From Geosiphon pyriformis uo1 (lineage: Eukaryota > Fungi > Glomeromycota), in assembly GCA_016748015.1 (NCBI GenBank), contig JAAOMT010000742.1, positions 117,684-181,683 of the forward strand: 64,000 nucleotides of DNA. The letters run 5' to 3'. Numbering within the stretch: the first letter of the stretch is position 1; every line of letters begins with the position of its first letter. Positions 37,870-51,890 of this stretch are shown here, piece by piece. The notes under the pieces were generated by a model that searched no databases, was not told where the DNA came from, and saw nothing but the letters and a program-made list of their open reading frames with translations. Position numbers and translations under genes: made by a program.

Positions 37870-39668
37870 TTTCAAGAATATAATATATATATATATATAC
37901 CAAAAAAAATTTGTTGTAATTTTAGTATGTAGTTTAATATTGTAACTTAATAATAAGTGTCAATGTAAAATCATGAAGAATTTTGATTTAATTTTTCATA
38001 AACGTCTAATTGTCATCGAAACTTTTATTAGAATAATAGTATTTAAACGCTTTCAGAAAGTTTCTAACGAGTGAAGTACGAAATTTTCAGAGATATCAGC
38101 GATTACACAATAATTTTTTGTCCCAGAATTAAGGTTGAATTTCGTAATAATAAATTTTGTTACAATATATTAAACTCTTTGATTTTGTAAATAAATTACG
38201 GAAAAAATCAAATGATTAAGATATAATTTTAAATATCAAGACTGAAATTGCTTTTTCAAAGGTTATTGAATTATTACCAAATTATCAAGATTAAATCATT
38301 TAATTATTTTATTGATTTTAATTCATTAAAATTGTTTCCAAATATCAAAAAAATAAAATCTAAGAAATTTTGTCTTGTCTCACAATTTTTAAAATTCAAA
38401 AAATGGAAAATCTTGAAATAACTTATCATAAGACAAAATAGTATAAATACTTAACCTTTTTTTTTCGTTTATAAAGCGGCCAAGCAGTCAAACAGATTGA
38501 AGTTTAATTTAAAACCCTTTGTCATTAACGCACTAAAAAATGATTGGATTTGGAAGATAAATATATGATAATATTAAGCATTTAAAATGTATGCATTAGA
38601 AAGTAGATTAAATACCATATGAAAATTTTAAGAAAAGTAATCAAATAATCATCAATTCAATTTTCTATGATGTTCATCCATATAATTTCAAAATCAATTC
38701 ATTTAATATTATGAATTTTTAAAATTGATTATTTTGATAATTTAAACATAAAATATTCTGGAATTTTAATAATTTTAATATTAACCTAATTTTTCTTTTT
38801 AATGAGAAGATGGGTTTGAAAAAATTTAAGAAAGGCTGTTTTTAAAGAGATAAAATATTGGGAAAGAAGTTAAAAGTCGTTGAATCAGACTTTAACGGCA
38901 TAACTCGATACTTTAGTCATTGTAATTTCACGCCAATGAGAGAAAAAAAAATGTTTACAGACGGAGGACGTTGATTATGCATAGAATATCGCTCATTGAG
39001 ATTTTTTCTAGATGAATTTATTCTTATATAGAGTACAGGTTGAATAGTGATGAAATTGCAATTATTAGTTTGAGCTAGAAAAAAAAAGCATTCTAACTGA
39101 ATATGTCTTAAATTGTCAAACTTTCTGGATAAAAACCACTGCTAATTAATTTATAGTATTTCCTTTTCTATATATATTTTTTGATGTGAGAGAAATCCTG
39201 AAATATAATAAAGTGAAAACAAATTAGCAAAATTGTGTGTTTTGGACCTTGTTAAATCTTTCGTTTCAATGACAAAAATTGACATAATTTTTAGATGAAA
39301 AAATACTTGTAAATTCTTATCTTTAGAGAATGATATGATACCTAACAATCTGGATAATTTTTAGCTGTTTAATATTAAGCACGCACGAAATAATATCAAA
39401 TTTTTTACAAATTGTATAAAGAGGCAGAAATGATACGAAAAATGAAAATATTATTGTTACTTAAATTTTAAGATTAAAAACGAGTTGAAAGAAATTGAAA
39501 ATGAACATCACAAATAGTAAGCAAATTGATACCCAAAGAAAAATTTAATATCAAGATCTTGAATCAAAATTAAAATGACTCATGTTCTAAAAAAAAAACA
39601 TTCCTTCTCACAATTCCTCTTTTCTTGACAATTATTTTTCTAATCATCTTAATATTATCGATGGTAAA

Positions 39669-39950
39669 ATGGCATTTACAAAAAAAATTCAAAAAAATTC
39701 AATAAAAAATCATCACGGCTCTAGAAAAATCTGTTCAAAACTTCCTCCATTACAATTACTCAACAATACCTCAATTTTCCTTAAACCTCAGGCAATGATG
39801 GTTTTCAACTCACAAATCAATGAAAGTTCGTATAGTTTAATGATTGTGCCAAATCCTTTCACATGTCTAGCAGCAGAAAAATCACAACAATTTCCTTCCT
39901 TATTAAAACGTGCAAAAGAATTTGTGTTTCGAATGAAAAAATATAAATGA
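39669..39950 (+). CDS. Possible small orphan protein (93 aa)
   Basis: ATG-initiated ORF with slightly higher GC than its flanks; no recognisable motif. Confidence 0.2.
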   Translation: MAFTKKIQKNSIKNHHGSRKICSKLPPLQLLNNTSIFLKPQAMMVFNSQINESSYSLMIVPNPFTCLAAEKSQQFPSLLKRAKEFVFRMKKYK

Positions 39951-41830
39951 AATTAAACCAAAAGAAAAAAATGAGAACAAACAAATTAGAAAAGAGATAA
40001 AAGTGGTTATTGACACTATAAGAACAATTGAAAAATTAAAATTTAGTATATCAGAGGATTGTGGGTAAAATTCTGAAGTTAGCCAGCATCGTCAAATGTC
40101 TTGGCTTTCTCAATGGATAAAGATATCAGAGAAGTTTTCTCCATCTACCTGTAAAATTGTTTCTTGTTTAGTAAAGTTTTACCATTCTTTTCGGAAATAC
40201 AACTAAACTAATATCTTAAAAGTCAATCGACTCATGATGACCATGAAATTACTATAGAAAATATAATTTTCATCATTATCCTAAATCTTTTACTATTTCT
40301 ATAATCAATATCCGTTTCAAAATCTAAAGTAGAATTCCAATGAGCCAAAGGTTTATAATAGCTCACTAATAATTAAATTTTTTGGAAAAGAGAAATATTA
40401 TTATTATTATTATTATTATTAAAAGTTTTACTTTTAGAATTTCACCTATCTCTTTCAAGGAAATAAATTTTCAAGATTTTAGCAGCTAATCTTACAAAGG
40501 AAATCAAAGCATATGGTTTGGGTACAATAAAAGCCCCTTGATTTTCATAAATTAAGAAATTATTTTTAGTTTGCTTTTTTATTTGTTTTGCTCATATTAC
40601 TATGAAAAAATGGGGAATAGTTTTTGGAGGCAAATGATATCAACTATGATGCGATCTATATGCCCATTTTTGACTTTAATTTTCGGGAATAACAAGGGGC
40701 ATAAAAAGATTTTTATTCTAACCCTTTTTAATTATCAGATGATAAAAAAATTAGGCTAATAGTTTTCATGTTTGTCCAGAAAAGCGTTATCTTTTGTTAT
40801 TTTCTTTTTCAAGTTTTAACACCGAGATTTTGTTTCAATTTTTTTGTTTAACAAATATTTATATTTGAAAATGTCATTTTTCGATCACAAATATTCATTT
40901 CCCAAAGTATCTTTTTAAGAAAAGTATAATCTCAATATTGAGACGTTTCAAATGTTTTTGCCCAAGAAAATTTAAATGATTGGAAAAAAAATATTTCGAT
41001 TGTCTACCTCGCATGCACTTGAAGGTTTTTTTTATTTATATTTATGCAGCCTCAGTTTAAAAAATGATTTTATTAAAACCAAACTGACGCTTAGAAGATG
41101 GACAAATCTAGCTAATAAAAATATCTTTTAGAATCCCATATTTGATAAATATATTTGCTTTAGATCTTCATTGACTGACTTTTTAAAAATGAAATCTCTC
41201 CAGGATTTCTTCACGTTTGAATGCCATTCTAGAATAAACAAACCCTTTATTTAATGAACGAACGAATAAATGACTATCTTTTTTTTAATTTTGGATATCG
41301 TAATGAAACTTGAAATGGTTTATGATCGTAAAAGTATAACAAAAGGTATTAATCTTCAAAGTTTTTTAAAGCAATTCATATATTTCTTGAAAAAACCATG
41401 GAATTCTCATGAATTCATGATAATGCATACGATCAAATTTTGGTTTTTCGTACTAATATCATGAATGTATCTGATATAATCCCTTTTTAAATTAATCTGC
41501 ACATGTACTACAAAGAGCAAATGTTTTATTATAATTCTTTAAAGAACTGAAAGTTTTAAGCAAAACGTTGATCACAATTATATTTGGTAATAAATTTGGG
41601 ATCATTTCATTTGCGCACTTTTGGAAAATTGAAATTTTATTCTTTTCCAAACCTATTTTCCAATATTCTATAATCTACTCAAACATAGCAAAAGAAGCAT
41701 CTCAGCCAGTATTCTAGAGTCAGTCAGGATTGTTTGTCATGATCTTCATTTGGAAAAAAAATCTCGGGTTTCTTTATATATATGCATCTATGACCTGTTC
41801 ACTTTGCAAAAAATTTCACAAAAAGTCAAA

Positions 41831-44035
41831 ATGAAAAACCCAACTCCTTCCCTCACATTCTTACGTCTCCCAATATTTCTTTTTCTTTCAATACACTCAT
41901 TGCTTTCGAGTCAAAGTGTAAATGCACAGGGTCAATGGGAAATTGTTGGAAGGTATTTAAAAGCTCAAAACTAGATTCTACATCATTGATTAATGATTCA
42001 GAAAGTTTTACAAGAAATCTCAAAATTTGGAAAAATTAATATCAATTCATATACACATGTATCCCCTAGCTCTAAAGTCGCAGCCATGCACATTGTTTTG
42101 ACAGCCGCTACCAAAATGCTCATAATTGATAAAGGTGAATTATGTTGATCTTTTCGGACTTTTAGAAAATGGCCAAACTAATTATACATTTCCCTTTAAA
42201 ATTTCAGCCGAATTAAGTGATGAAGCGAAATCAAATGGCCAATTTGCTTACTCAGTTGAATATGACCTTGACACAAAGCTCATACGCCCTTTGACGCTTA
42301 ACACAAATAGTTTTTGTTCTGGTGGTTCTTTCCTTGGCAATGGGCAACTAGTTGAAAGTGGTGGGGGTGAAAAAACTGTAAGATTTAACAAATTTACAAT
42401 GCCAATCATTCGCAAACTGTTTCTTTTCACATAATAATAATAATAATCTCTTTCACTTTAAAGGGTGGAAAAGCGCAATCCGACGTTGGATTTCAAGCAC
42501 TCCGTCTTTTTAATCCATGTACGGATAATACCTGTGATTGGCAAGAAAACGTCAATGGACTTGATTCATATAGGTGGTACCCAACGATGTTATCACTACC
42601 TGATGGTCGGGTTTTTATTCTTGGAGGATCAACAGAAGCGGCTAGAACTAACACCCCTGCTATCAATAATCCTACCTTTGAATATTATCCAAAGAGTTCA
42701 CCATCTGGCCGATTCCCTTTCTTAGAGGATCTGACGTAAGCGATACAAAATTTTTACTTTCCCATATGCGGCATTTAAAACTCATTCAGTTTACTTAATT
42801 TACTCTAAATTGATTTGTCATAAATCTAAAAAAAAAACTATGCAGATTGCCGTACAATCTTTACCCAAATCTTAATGTAGTACCCGGACCTGAAGGGCAA
42901 AATTTGATTCACGTTTTCGCCAATACCAAGTCTATTCTTTGGGATTACAAGTCACAAACTCAAACAAAAACATTTGATGACATCCCAGGACCACCAAGAA
43001 CTTATCCGCTCACTGGCACTGGTCTGCTACTTCCATTAACGTATGAAAATGGTTATTCCGCAGATTTCTTTCTTTGTGGTGGCACAGAAAAGCTTGATAT
43101 ACGGTCGCAGGCTAGTAATACATGTGGTAAATTACGAATAACTGATCCTTCCCCTAGATGGGAAATGGAAGACTTTGGTGGTCAAGGCCGCATTATGGCA
43201 GATGGAGTTATTTTAGTGGATGGCAAAGTATTATTCGTAAATGGTGCTGCGACTGGATATGCTGGTTATCGTATGTATAACTGGTTGCAGTTTTAATGTG
43301 ATTAGTCCCATTACTCAATCGGGTTTGATTGTATTCATCTCTTTGAAAATTAGCTAGAAACATCACTCCAGTTGCTACAGATCCCGTCCTTTCTCCGGTG
43401 CTTTACGATCCTGATGCTCCAAAGGGTAGTCGGTGGTCAACGCTTGCTCCTTCTACCATACCAAGGATGTATCATTCCGTGGCTAGCTTAGTTCCTGATG
43501 GCACTGTATTTGTGTCAGGGAGCAATCCAAATGAAAAATATAGCCCTAACACCTCCCCATATCCCACAGAGTAAGTGGTTTTAAATTATTCATCATCTAT
43601 TCTATGTAAATCAATTGCCTTACACCTTTCTCCCTTTTTTTTACTAGGTTACGGATAGAACGCTTCACTCCACCTTATCTAATGAATGGTCTCCCACGTC
43701 CCACAATTTTATCCATTGACGGTCAAAGTTTTGAATCCCAACCAATTAGCTTAGGATACGGTAAAACGATTGATGTCATAGTCTCACTGCCAACAAATTC
43801 ACCGAATCCCAAGTTTACTGCTGCCATAATACATTACGGTTTTGTTACACATTCACAAAGCATGTCACAGCGATATGTGAAGATTAAAATCATAAATGCC
43901 AGCAAAGACGGAGACAAATATACAGTGAGCGTCGAACTACCACCAAATTCAAATGTAATTGTACCAGGTATACATTACTTACATATTTTGAACAATGGAA
44001 CCCCGTGTGTAAAGGGGGTTAGAGTTAAATTATAA
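41831..44035 (+). CDS. Secreted copper-radical oxidase (glyoxal oxidase-like, CAZy AA5_1); about 7 exons
   Basis: Signal peptide; AAMH, NSFCSGG (cofactor Cys), RWYPT (cofactor Tyr), YNLYP, RTYP, RMYHS (Tyr/His ligands), SGSNPN, YPTE, GFVTHS (His ligand), C-terminal Ig-like domain. Confidence 0.93.
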
Positions 44036-46012
44036 AAAAAAAACTTAAATTTTTTTAAAAGATATCAATAGAAGTTAAGAAATACATTTTGAATAGACTT
44101 TCTTAATAATTAATCTTCAAAATCAAATAATTTGTAACTTTAGAATTTAAAGAGATTAAAGCTTAGTTTACATGATTAGACGTTAGGTTTGACATTGGTT
44201 CAAGAAAAACTAATCTGTGAGCAAAAACTTTATATTATACCATTCGAGAGCATCATGGTTCCTATCTTGAGGTAATCATCAAAGATATTGGAATTCAAGA
44301 TTGTATTTGTACTTAGAAGCGTACTCTGCGTTAACACATATGTAATTGACCTCAGGACTCAAATTTTCTGTCAAAAAATATACTACTTCTGGTTTGGAGA
44401 AATAACTTTCCCTATTGAAAGATTTTTATTGAGCATCTGCTATCCTATCATGTTTATAAATAGTTCTAATATTGAATGAGATATCTGGGGGATTAAAATC
44501 TTGCATATTAAAAAAATGAAACAAGACTTGCCCCTATTGTGCTATGTGTCAATTTTAAATACATGGACATGTATGAGTTTTCTTATTTATACATGTATAT
44601 AAATTAAACAAAACGACAATCTTAACCTGGCGGGTGATCATCGACTATTCTGTTATGGGTAACTGTATGAATCATTGAGAGTCTCTCTTTAATGGTTCAT
44701 TTAACAAATGAATTTTTTTTTCAACTATTTTCCCTAATTTGTTAAATCTTATAGGGAAATAGGGGCACATTTTCGACCTTTACATGCCTCCTATCTACCA
44801 TCGGAATGTGCCAAAATGTCATTAAGCATACTCTTTATTAAATGCATTCCTTTAAAAAAAAAATTCAATTGCGGCAAGATTCTCCAAAAAAAAATTTAAA
44901 TTTTTTTCTTAGAATTCTAGACAACTAGAATCGGGCTAAAAATACCAAAGACATTTCTTTTTTCAGATAAAAAATTTGAATATTTATCATTTTTTGCAGC
45001 TTTGAATCAAATGGTCAATTTTTTTCCGCTATTACTAAATTGTGCATTAAATAAATATTTTTCTGAAACACTACAGGATATAGGATTTTGCGATTTAATT
45101 AAATGTCATTCTTGAGAGTTTAACCAATAAAGGTTAAAACAAGATTTCATGTTTTTTATTAATAATTATTTATTGATAAATATGTTAAGTTTAACGTGGT
45201 TTGAGCACAGGTAACTCGAATTTTTAATTGTATAATTTTTTAATACAATCACTTCAAAAAATTAATTTTCCATTTCTTGTTTTAGAAATTATGTAATTTT
45301 AAATGTTAAAATCTAAAATTTTTCAATTCTTAATTCATTGGCTTATAATAGATTATTGATATAATATTTGTAATCATTTATTTCTAAAAGAGAGTAAAAG
45401 TAAATTATCGAAATTGATTTTAATTCTCAAATTTATATTTTAAGTCTAGATTTCACAACTGCAAATGTGAAAGCATTGTTTTTTAAAATTATTGTAATCA
45501 GGCTGAATATTTTTTGGCCAAAAACAACATATAATACTTAAAATTTGATATAAAATAAAATTTCCTAAACTGTATTTGAATTTTAATTCAAATTAATTTT
45601 ATACCATTGATTAGATATGATATAAATATTTTTTTCGAAAGGATATTTTGAAACAAATAAATGATAAAAATAAATTTTGATTAAATAAGTTATAAGTAAA
45701 ATATTAAATAAATATTTATTTCATGATATTTTTATCAGTTTCGATTTTCAAACTTACAATAGGATTATGAAGAATTTGGACAAAACAAAAATAATTGACA
45801 CAGGCTTTGAGTACTAATGATATTTAATAATTAAATCTTCATCTCTTCAAGTTTTTTTGGAATCAAATGGGAATCACTTTGTACAATTATTACTTCAACC
45901 AGTTTTTGAATGTTGAATACGAAATATTAAAGAATTCTTTCCATGTTTAGCATCTAAAGAAGTTTGTCTTTCGATCAGTCATACTTATTTTAAGCTCATC
46001 TATATCCAATTG

Positions 46013-46912
46013 CTAGTCTTTACATTTCTCTTTCAGATGATCGAAATTTTTTGCAAGCTCCAACAATTTTACCTCTATATCCCGGACTCTTTGACTTAAG
46101 TTGTTCTCCAATTGAATCACGAAATCTTTGCTTTCAAATTGATTAATTTTGTCTTGCATTGCAATAATAATTTCTTTCAGAGATGAGTTTTCTTTTTTTG
46201 CTGCCTCCTTTTCAGTTTCCATCTGAGTTATTCTTTTGGTTAGATCACTTGTTTCTTCACAAAGCTTTACCAGCTCGTCGATAAGAATTTCTTCGAATGA
46301 TCCTTGAACATTTCGATTGCTTGACGAGGGACTCGATTGAATATTCGCCGTTGAGGTAGTAGTTGGAGAAATTTTGCTTCCACAGTTGTTCTCATTCTTG
46401 TAGACATTTGACGCTTCAGATTCAGAATTTTTATCTTTTGCGGCAGAACCGTACTCAATAATTATATTATCCTTGTCAGAAAAACCAGGCATTGAATTTC
46501 TTGGACCTTTTGTGGTAACCTCGCCAGGGACTGATTCCAACATCACTTCAGACAACACCTTATAAAAAGAACAGACGGTTGGGCTGGTTCCAAAGTTGCA
46601 ACAGCCGTAAAACCATTCACGAAACCCGGCATGTTGAGAATTGCGATTTTGTCTTAGAGGTGCCAGACCACCACAATAACATTTTACTATTTTAGCGTGA
46701 TTCATTGTTTCCAATCGGTTGTTCCAAACTTTTGGAGTGTTTGTAGGCATTAAAATTGTGATTGGATCGTCGCCACCAATTTTTTCATATATATGAGAGG
46801 ATAGGAGGCTATAATAAGTTGCATAATGTTTATATAAAGAAGCCAAATAAGCTGGAGTGGAAGAAACAAAGGAAATTTTTGGTTGCTGAGAGGGAAGTGT
46901 TGCTGGATTCAT
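46013..46912 (-). CDS. GRF-type zinc-finger protein with C-terminal coiled coil (intronless, 299 aa)
   Basis: CYCG..A......N..HAGFREWFYGC......CSFY matches the zf-GRF pattern; heptad-rich C-terminus. Confidence 0.75.
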   Translation of the reverse strand: MNPATLPSQQPKISFVSSTPAYLASLYKHYATYYSLLSSHIYEKIGGDDPITILMPTNTPKVWNNRLETMNHAKIVKCYCGGLAPLRQNRNSQHAGFREWFYGCCNFGTSPTVCSFYKVLSEVMLESVPGEVTTKGPRNSMPGFSDKDNIIIEYGSAAKDKNSESEASNVYKNENNCGSKISPTTTSTANIQSSPSSSNRNVQGSFEEILIDELVKLCEETSDLTKRITQMETEKEAAKKENSSLKEIIIAMQDKINQFESKDFVIQLENNLSQRVRDIEVKLLELAKNFDHLKEKCKD

Positions 46913-49900
46913 TAGAATTTGTTCTCATATGTTTAGAAAAGGTTACTTTGCAGAGGGAAAAGTGTTTGGGAAAACAAAAAAGAGGATATAATGCCCCTTT
47001 TATTCTGGTCGAGAACTTTGCTAAGCTTGGAAGGAGGCAATACCGCATTCATGCATCATTACAAAAGTTAACTGATCTTTTGCAAAAAATGATCCGTCAC
47101 AAATATAATCAAGTTTTCATATTGCAAAAGGATATTTTGATTTATTAAATCGCGATTTATGACTTAAGATTTGATTTCATGATTTCCCAATGTTTTGTGA
47201 TAAGATAACTGATATTTTTAAACCCTCATGTCTTGCTCGCTACCCGTGATTCATTGCCACGACTAAGACAATTAACCCAATCATAAGGATGGTTAGGTTT
47301 AACTGGTGCCGGACTAAATCTACATTAATAAGTTTACGATCCTGATCAAGAAAATGCTTATCACATATCTCCAATATGAATTATTTTGTAAAGTAATATA
47401 TATTGAACTGAATCAATAATAAAAGTCAATTCATAAATTCCAATATCTGATTTGAATTTGAATTTGACTTTTTTTTAATAGAACTCAATTCAAAAAAATT
47501 GTTTTTCGTCAAAACTAAATTGCTAGAATTGAATTAAATTTAAAAAGAAAGATTGGTAATAACTTTCTTTTTTATTAGAGGTGAAAAACATTGGAAAAAG
47601 TTTTTCAGTATTTCTAATAAATCTGTTAAGTGAAAAAACGAAAACAAAATGAGGGTTTTTTCTTTTTTATTTAAATTTTATTTCATGCATTATATTGTCA
47701 ACACTTTGTGAGAAACTTGACACAAAATATTAGCTTTTAAGTAGAAAATAGAATAGTAAACAAAAGTGGATGAACTGTTAAGGGATTAAAAATAAAGTAG
47801 CAAAAATATTTATTTGCACAATTTATAAAAATATAAAAAGCTTAAAAAATTACTTTAAATGCATATTAGGTTTTTGAATAAGGTTTTGTAGAAATTTTCT
47901 CTTCTTATAAAAACCAAAAACCAAAAATTAAATTATTGTATAGGATTTAAATAACATAGAATATTTTAAAGGTTTTTTTAAAGATAACTTTTATCTTTAC
48001 CAATGTTCATGAACAAAAATATTTGTTATGAGCCCCAAAATATCTTGATAACAATTGGTAATAAACATTGGTTTCAAAATACTCTCAAACATTGGCATAA
48101 AAAACATGGACAATTTGCTCTATGCAAAAAACCAAAACAAAGTTTTGCTAAAGAAAAAGTTTGATTTATTCCAAATATAAATGCAGAATCTTTTGTAAAA
48201 AATACTTTGTAAATTTATTCTAAAGATCAAAGAATTGTTTAAAATGTTTGACAGTTTCAATGAAACAATAATTCTCGATGCTCCATAGCATAAAATAGCT
48301 TTATCAATAAGTGTCGGTCTTTTCTTATTATTGGTTTTGCCATTGATGCTTATCTTTTCCACTAAAATTACTCCAACATCTTTATTTTAAGTTTTTGTGA
48401 TACTTCTCTAACCGTTTCCTAAAATGCTTCATTCACGATGCTCTCTCGAAAAGGGATATTCTCCACAAAAAATTTCGCCAATTTTCTGCGCGAAACAAAA
48501 AAAACCTTCTCCAAATTAGTACGGTAACTCAAATTGGGTTTCAATTTTTCTAAACATAAGAAAGAATAGCCTGTTGAGCCTCTGTGATCTTTTAATTTTG
48601 ATTCATTTTAAATATAATTTGTGGAATAAATATTTTGAGAAATCACAATTTTAAGATTAAAAACAATTCATGTCTGTTTTAAAAATAAAGCGTTCATATA
48701 ATCTAAAAACACATATTGCATTTAGGAGAAAACAAGGAGCATCTTTTTTTTCAAAATAAAAGACTTTATTTCTATAGTGAGATATCCGCCAAGAATAGAA
48801 TTAAAGCTCGTGGATGATTTAGGCTTTTATACTGTCTAAAAATTATTATATTGTCTCTCTTTTTTAAATACCATAAACTTTGATAATCCCAAAATAAAAG
48901 CTTATAAGAAGTTGGTAAATGATACAATTGAGGTTTAGCAAAATCCTTGATCTCGTATAGATGTTTTCCTAACGTGCAAGTTTTGTTTATCAAAATTACC
49001 ATGTTCTTTGAATGCCCTTTTTTCATTCAGTGAGGCAGAACAGCTAATCCTATATTTTTAGCTAATGTTGAATCTGCAAGCCATAGCAGTTCAACGCCTT
49101 ATTGTTTGATGTTCTATTTCTCTCTTTGAAGTGAGACAATGAAAATTTGAATTTTAATATACTTAACCTTAATTTATAATTCTCTATTCATTAAATGGGC
49201 AAGCATTTTCTTTCATAAAGACAGAACGGTATGGAAGTTTTTGAAGGTTTAGTACAATTATTTTATTGGATAATAAAATAGAGATTGCAAACTTTTTTGT
49301 AGATGCTATATAATCTAGGAAAATGTGAGAAATGGTTCGGAACATCAGCCACACATATAGACAATTCGTGTCAAAAGAAACATTCCATCTACTTTAACAT
49401 AGTGAATTTTCTTTTACCATTTATGTTGCAACTGGAGGGAAGTAATATTAAAATCTAATTATCCGAAATACTGATTGCTTCTCAATGTAGTAACAAAAAG
49501 TTTAGGCAAATCCTTTCTTTATCATGTATTTTTTGTTTAATGCAAACCTTTGTCTAAAAAAAAATAACAAAGAAAAACATTAAAATTTCATTGATAAGAT
49601 TTTAATATTTGGGCTACTTAAAAATTAATATTCGAGCTTTCGCTCATCAGAGCTACTTTAGAAGTTTATGCCCTAATTAATTTGTTTCTTTAATAGTTTA
49701 GGATTCGTCAAACAATGCTATCGTTTTAATAACTCTCTGGAAATTACTATATCACCAAATATTAACCAGTTATCCTTGTTTCGAGTTGAGTGAATTTTAA
49801 AGGGTTTTGATAATGGCTATTTGCCTGGTATTCATTAGTTAGGGGTATATTTTGAAGTAATTTCATTGTTATTTACCGTTGGAGTTTCAGATCAGTCCTG

Positions 49901-50140
49901 GATTCGAGAATTCATTGACTATGTAATGTTTTATCTTCATTTCTTTCGGTTACTTGGAGACTCGGTTTGTTACACATGATACACTTATCGATACCAATAT
50001 TTAATGTAAAAATAGCAAAAAATTATTTGTTTTAATAAAATGACCTGGATCGAATCATCTATCAGCGTATGAATATAAAATGACCGAGTTATTGCGAGAA
50101 TGTCGTCACGCGTGTAAGCAGTTAAACAGTCTTTGAAAAA

Positions 50141-51890
50141 ATGAATTTTTCATTCTCACCATTTTTTCTTTGGATAGTTTGCAGTTATTTAATTTTTTTG
50201 CGGAACCTCTTAGCTGATGAATTACCTGGTCGCTATGGTCATTCTGCCGTTCTCCTCAATAATACAATTTACATTATTGGGGGAACAGATGGCAGAAGTT
50301 CTTTAAATAGTATTGCCACTATTGAACTTTATAGCAACTTTTCTGTGTACAATCAGTCCAACTTTTTATTTAATAAACCAATTGAGAACTTTTCAGGCGT
50401 TTCGTGGGGTACGGCCATTTTAACGCATCTAAAGGACAATTCACCGATAATTTATGTAATTGGCGATGTGGCAACGGTTTGTGAAGCATTTTTGAAATCT
50501 AAGCAACGTTGACTTCTCAATATTTAATCAAGACCTAAATATTCTGGCTTTATTTATCTCTTTTGTTTAGAAAAATCTCACAAAATTACAACTGAATTCT
50601 TCCCCTTTATTAGCCGAAACTGTAAATATCAATCCAAACACTGGTGTATCGCCGGATTCTCGTCAAGATTCTTCTGTTGTGTTTATTGACCATGGAACAA
50701 TTTACATATATGGTGGCGCAAGTTTGACAAAGTTTCCACCATCAAATCCAGTTTCGGATAATAGGATGTATATCATTAACCTTTACAATCAAAGTCTTTC
50801 AATGGTTCCTCCCCAAGAACAGTTCTCAGTTACATTACCTACAAGAGTTGCCTCATCTGCTACATTAATGCCTGATGGTAAGATTATTTTTCTCGGTGGA
50901 CGCACTTATGCTGATACTTGGATTGAAATGGACAAGGTTGAGTAAAATGTTGTATTTATATGAAATTAGATTAAACTTATCCACTTTCAGTTTATTGATG
51001 AATCTCATGATTTCGTTTTGAAAGATTTGGATATTTGATACAAAAACCAATCTATGGAAGCAAAGAAATGCCACGTTTGAAGAAAATCGTCCCATTGTTC
51101 ATCGCGGTTTTCATTCTGCTGTCCTTGGTAAATTAAAATTTTTTCGAAAAGTTTTTGGCAAATCTTTTTCATTGGACTTCTAATCTCTTGTGGTTTCCAT
51201 ATTTAGCGCCTAACAATAGAGAAATAATTGTTTACGGGGGATACTCAGATTCAGCATTGCAGAATCTCAATGCTCTTGTTGTCTTAAATACCGATGATTG
51301 GGAATGGTCGATTCCAGATGTAACCAACTCCAAAGAATTCACTCCAATACCATTCGGTCATTCTGCGACAATCTATGATCATTACATGATTATTGCTTTT
51401 GGTATTATTAAATGCTCCCTTTCGTGAAAATTAATTAAACTTTAGAAACTAACAGTTTTATTAATTTACAGGTGCTTCCCAGGCTAATAATAATTTCCCA
51501 ATAACTGACAAAGTCATCTCTATTCTCGACATTGAAAACAATAAATATGAATGGGTTGATGATCTGAGGGAACGACCCAGACATCGAGGTCGAAAACGTA
51601 AACTCGGTGCTATCCTTGGTGGAACATTTGGCAGTATTGGTGGACTTTTGCTTATCATGGCTCTCGTTTGGTTATTTATACGTCGCCGAAGGCTAAACAA
51701 CAATCGAGAACAAATAATAAGCATGAATCCCACAACTCCGGCAAATTCTTCAAATCGACGATTGTTTACAACACCAGGGTCTTCAAATCGACCATTGAAT
51801 ACGTCAAGCCAGTTCGTTCCACCAATGACTAACTTGAACCTTTCTGATCTACCACCAGTTAAGTCTAGAAGACCGTTACAGCAAACCTAA
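50141..51890 (+). CDS. Kelch beta-propeller type-I membrane protein (paralog of 35678-37869); about 5 exons
   Basis: Signal peptide; PGRYGHSA..IYIIGG, IYIYGG, IIFLGG, HRGFHSA, IIVYGG, PFGHSA..MIIAFG; TM LGAILGGTFGSIGGLLLIMALVWLFI followed by RRRR. Confidence 0.9.

Noticed and set aside
44618-44725. CTTAACCTGGC followed by a hairpin and T-run, reminiscent of a U1 snRNA 5' end
   Set aside because: It does not match ACTTACCTG exactly and lacks recognisable U1 stem-loops, so it is unsupported without an Rfam search.
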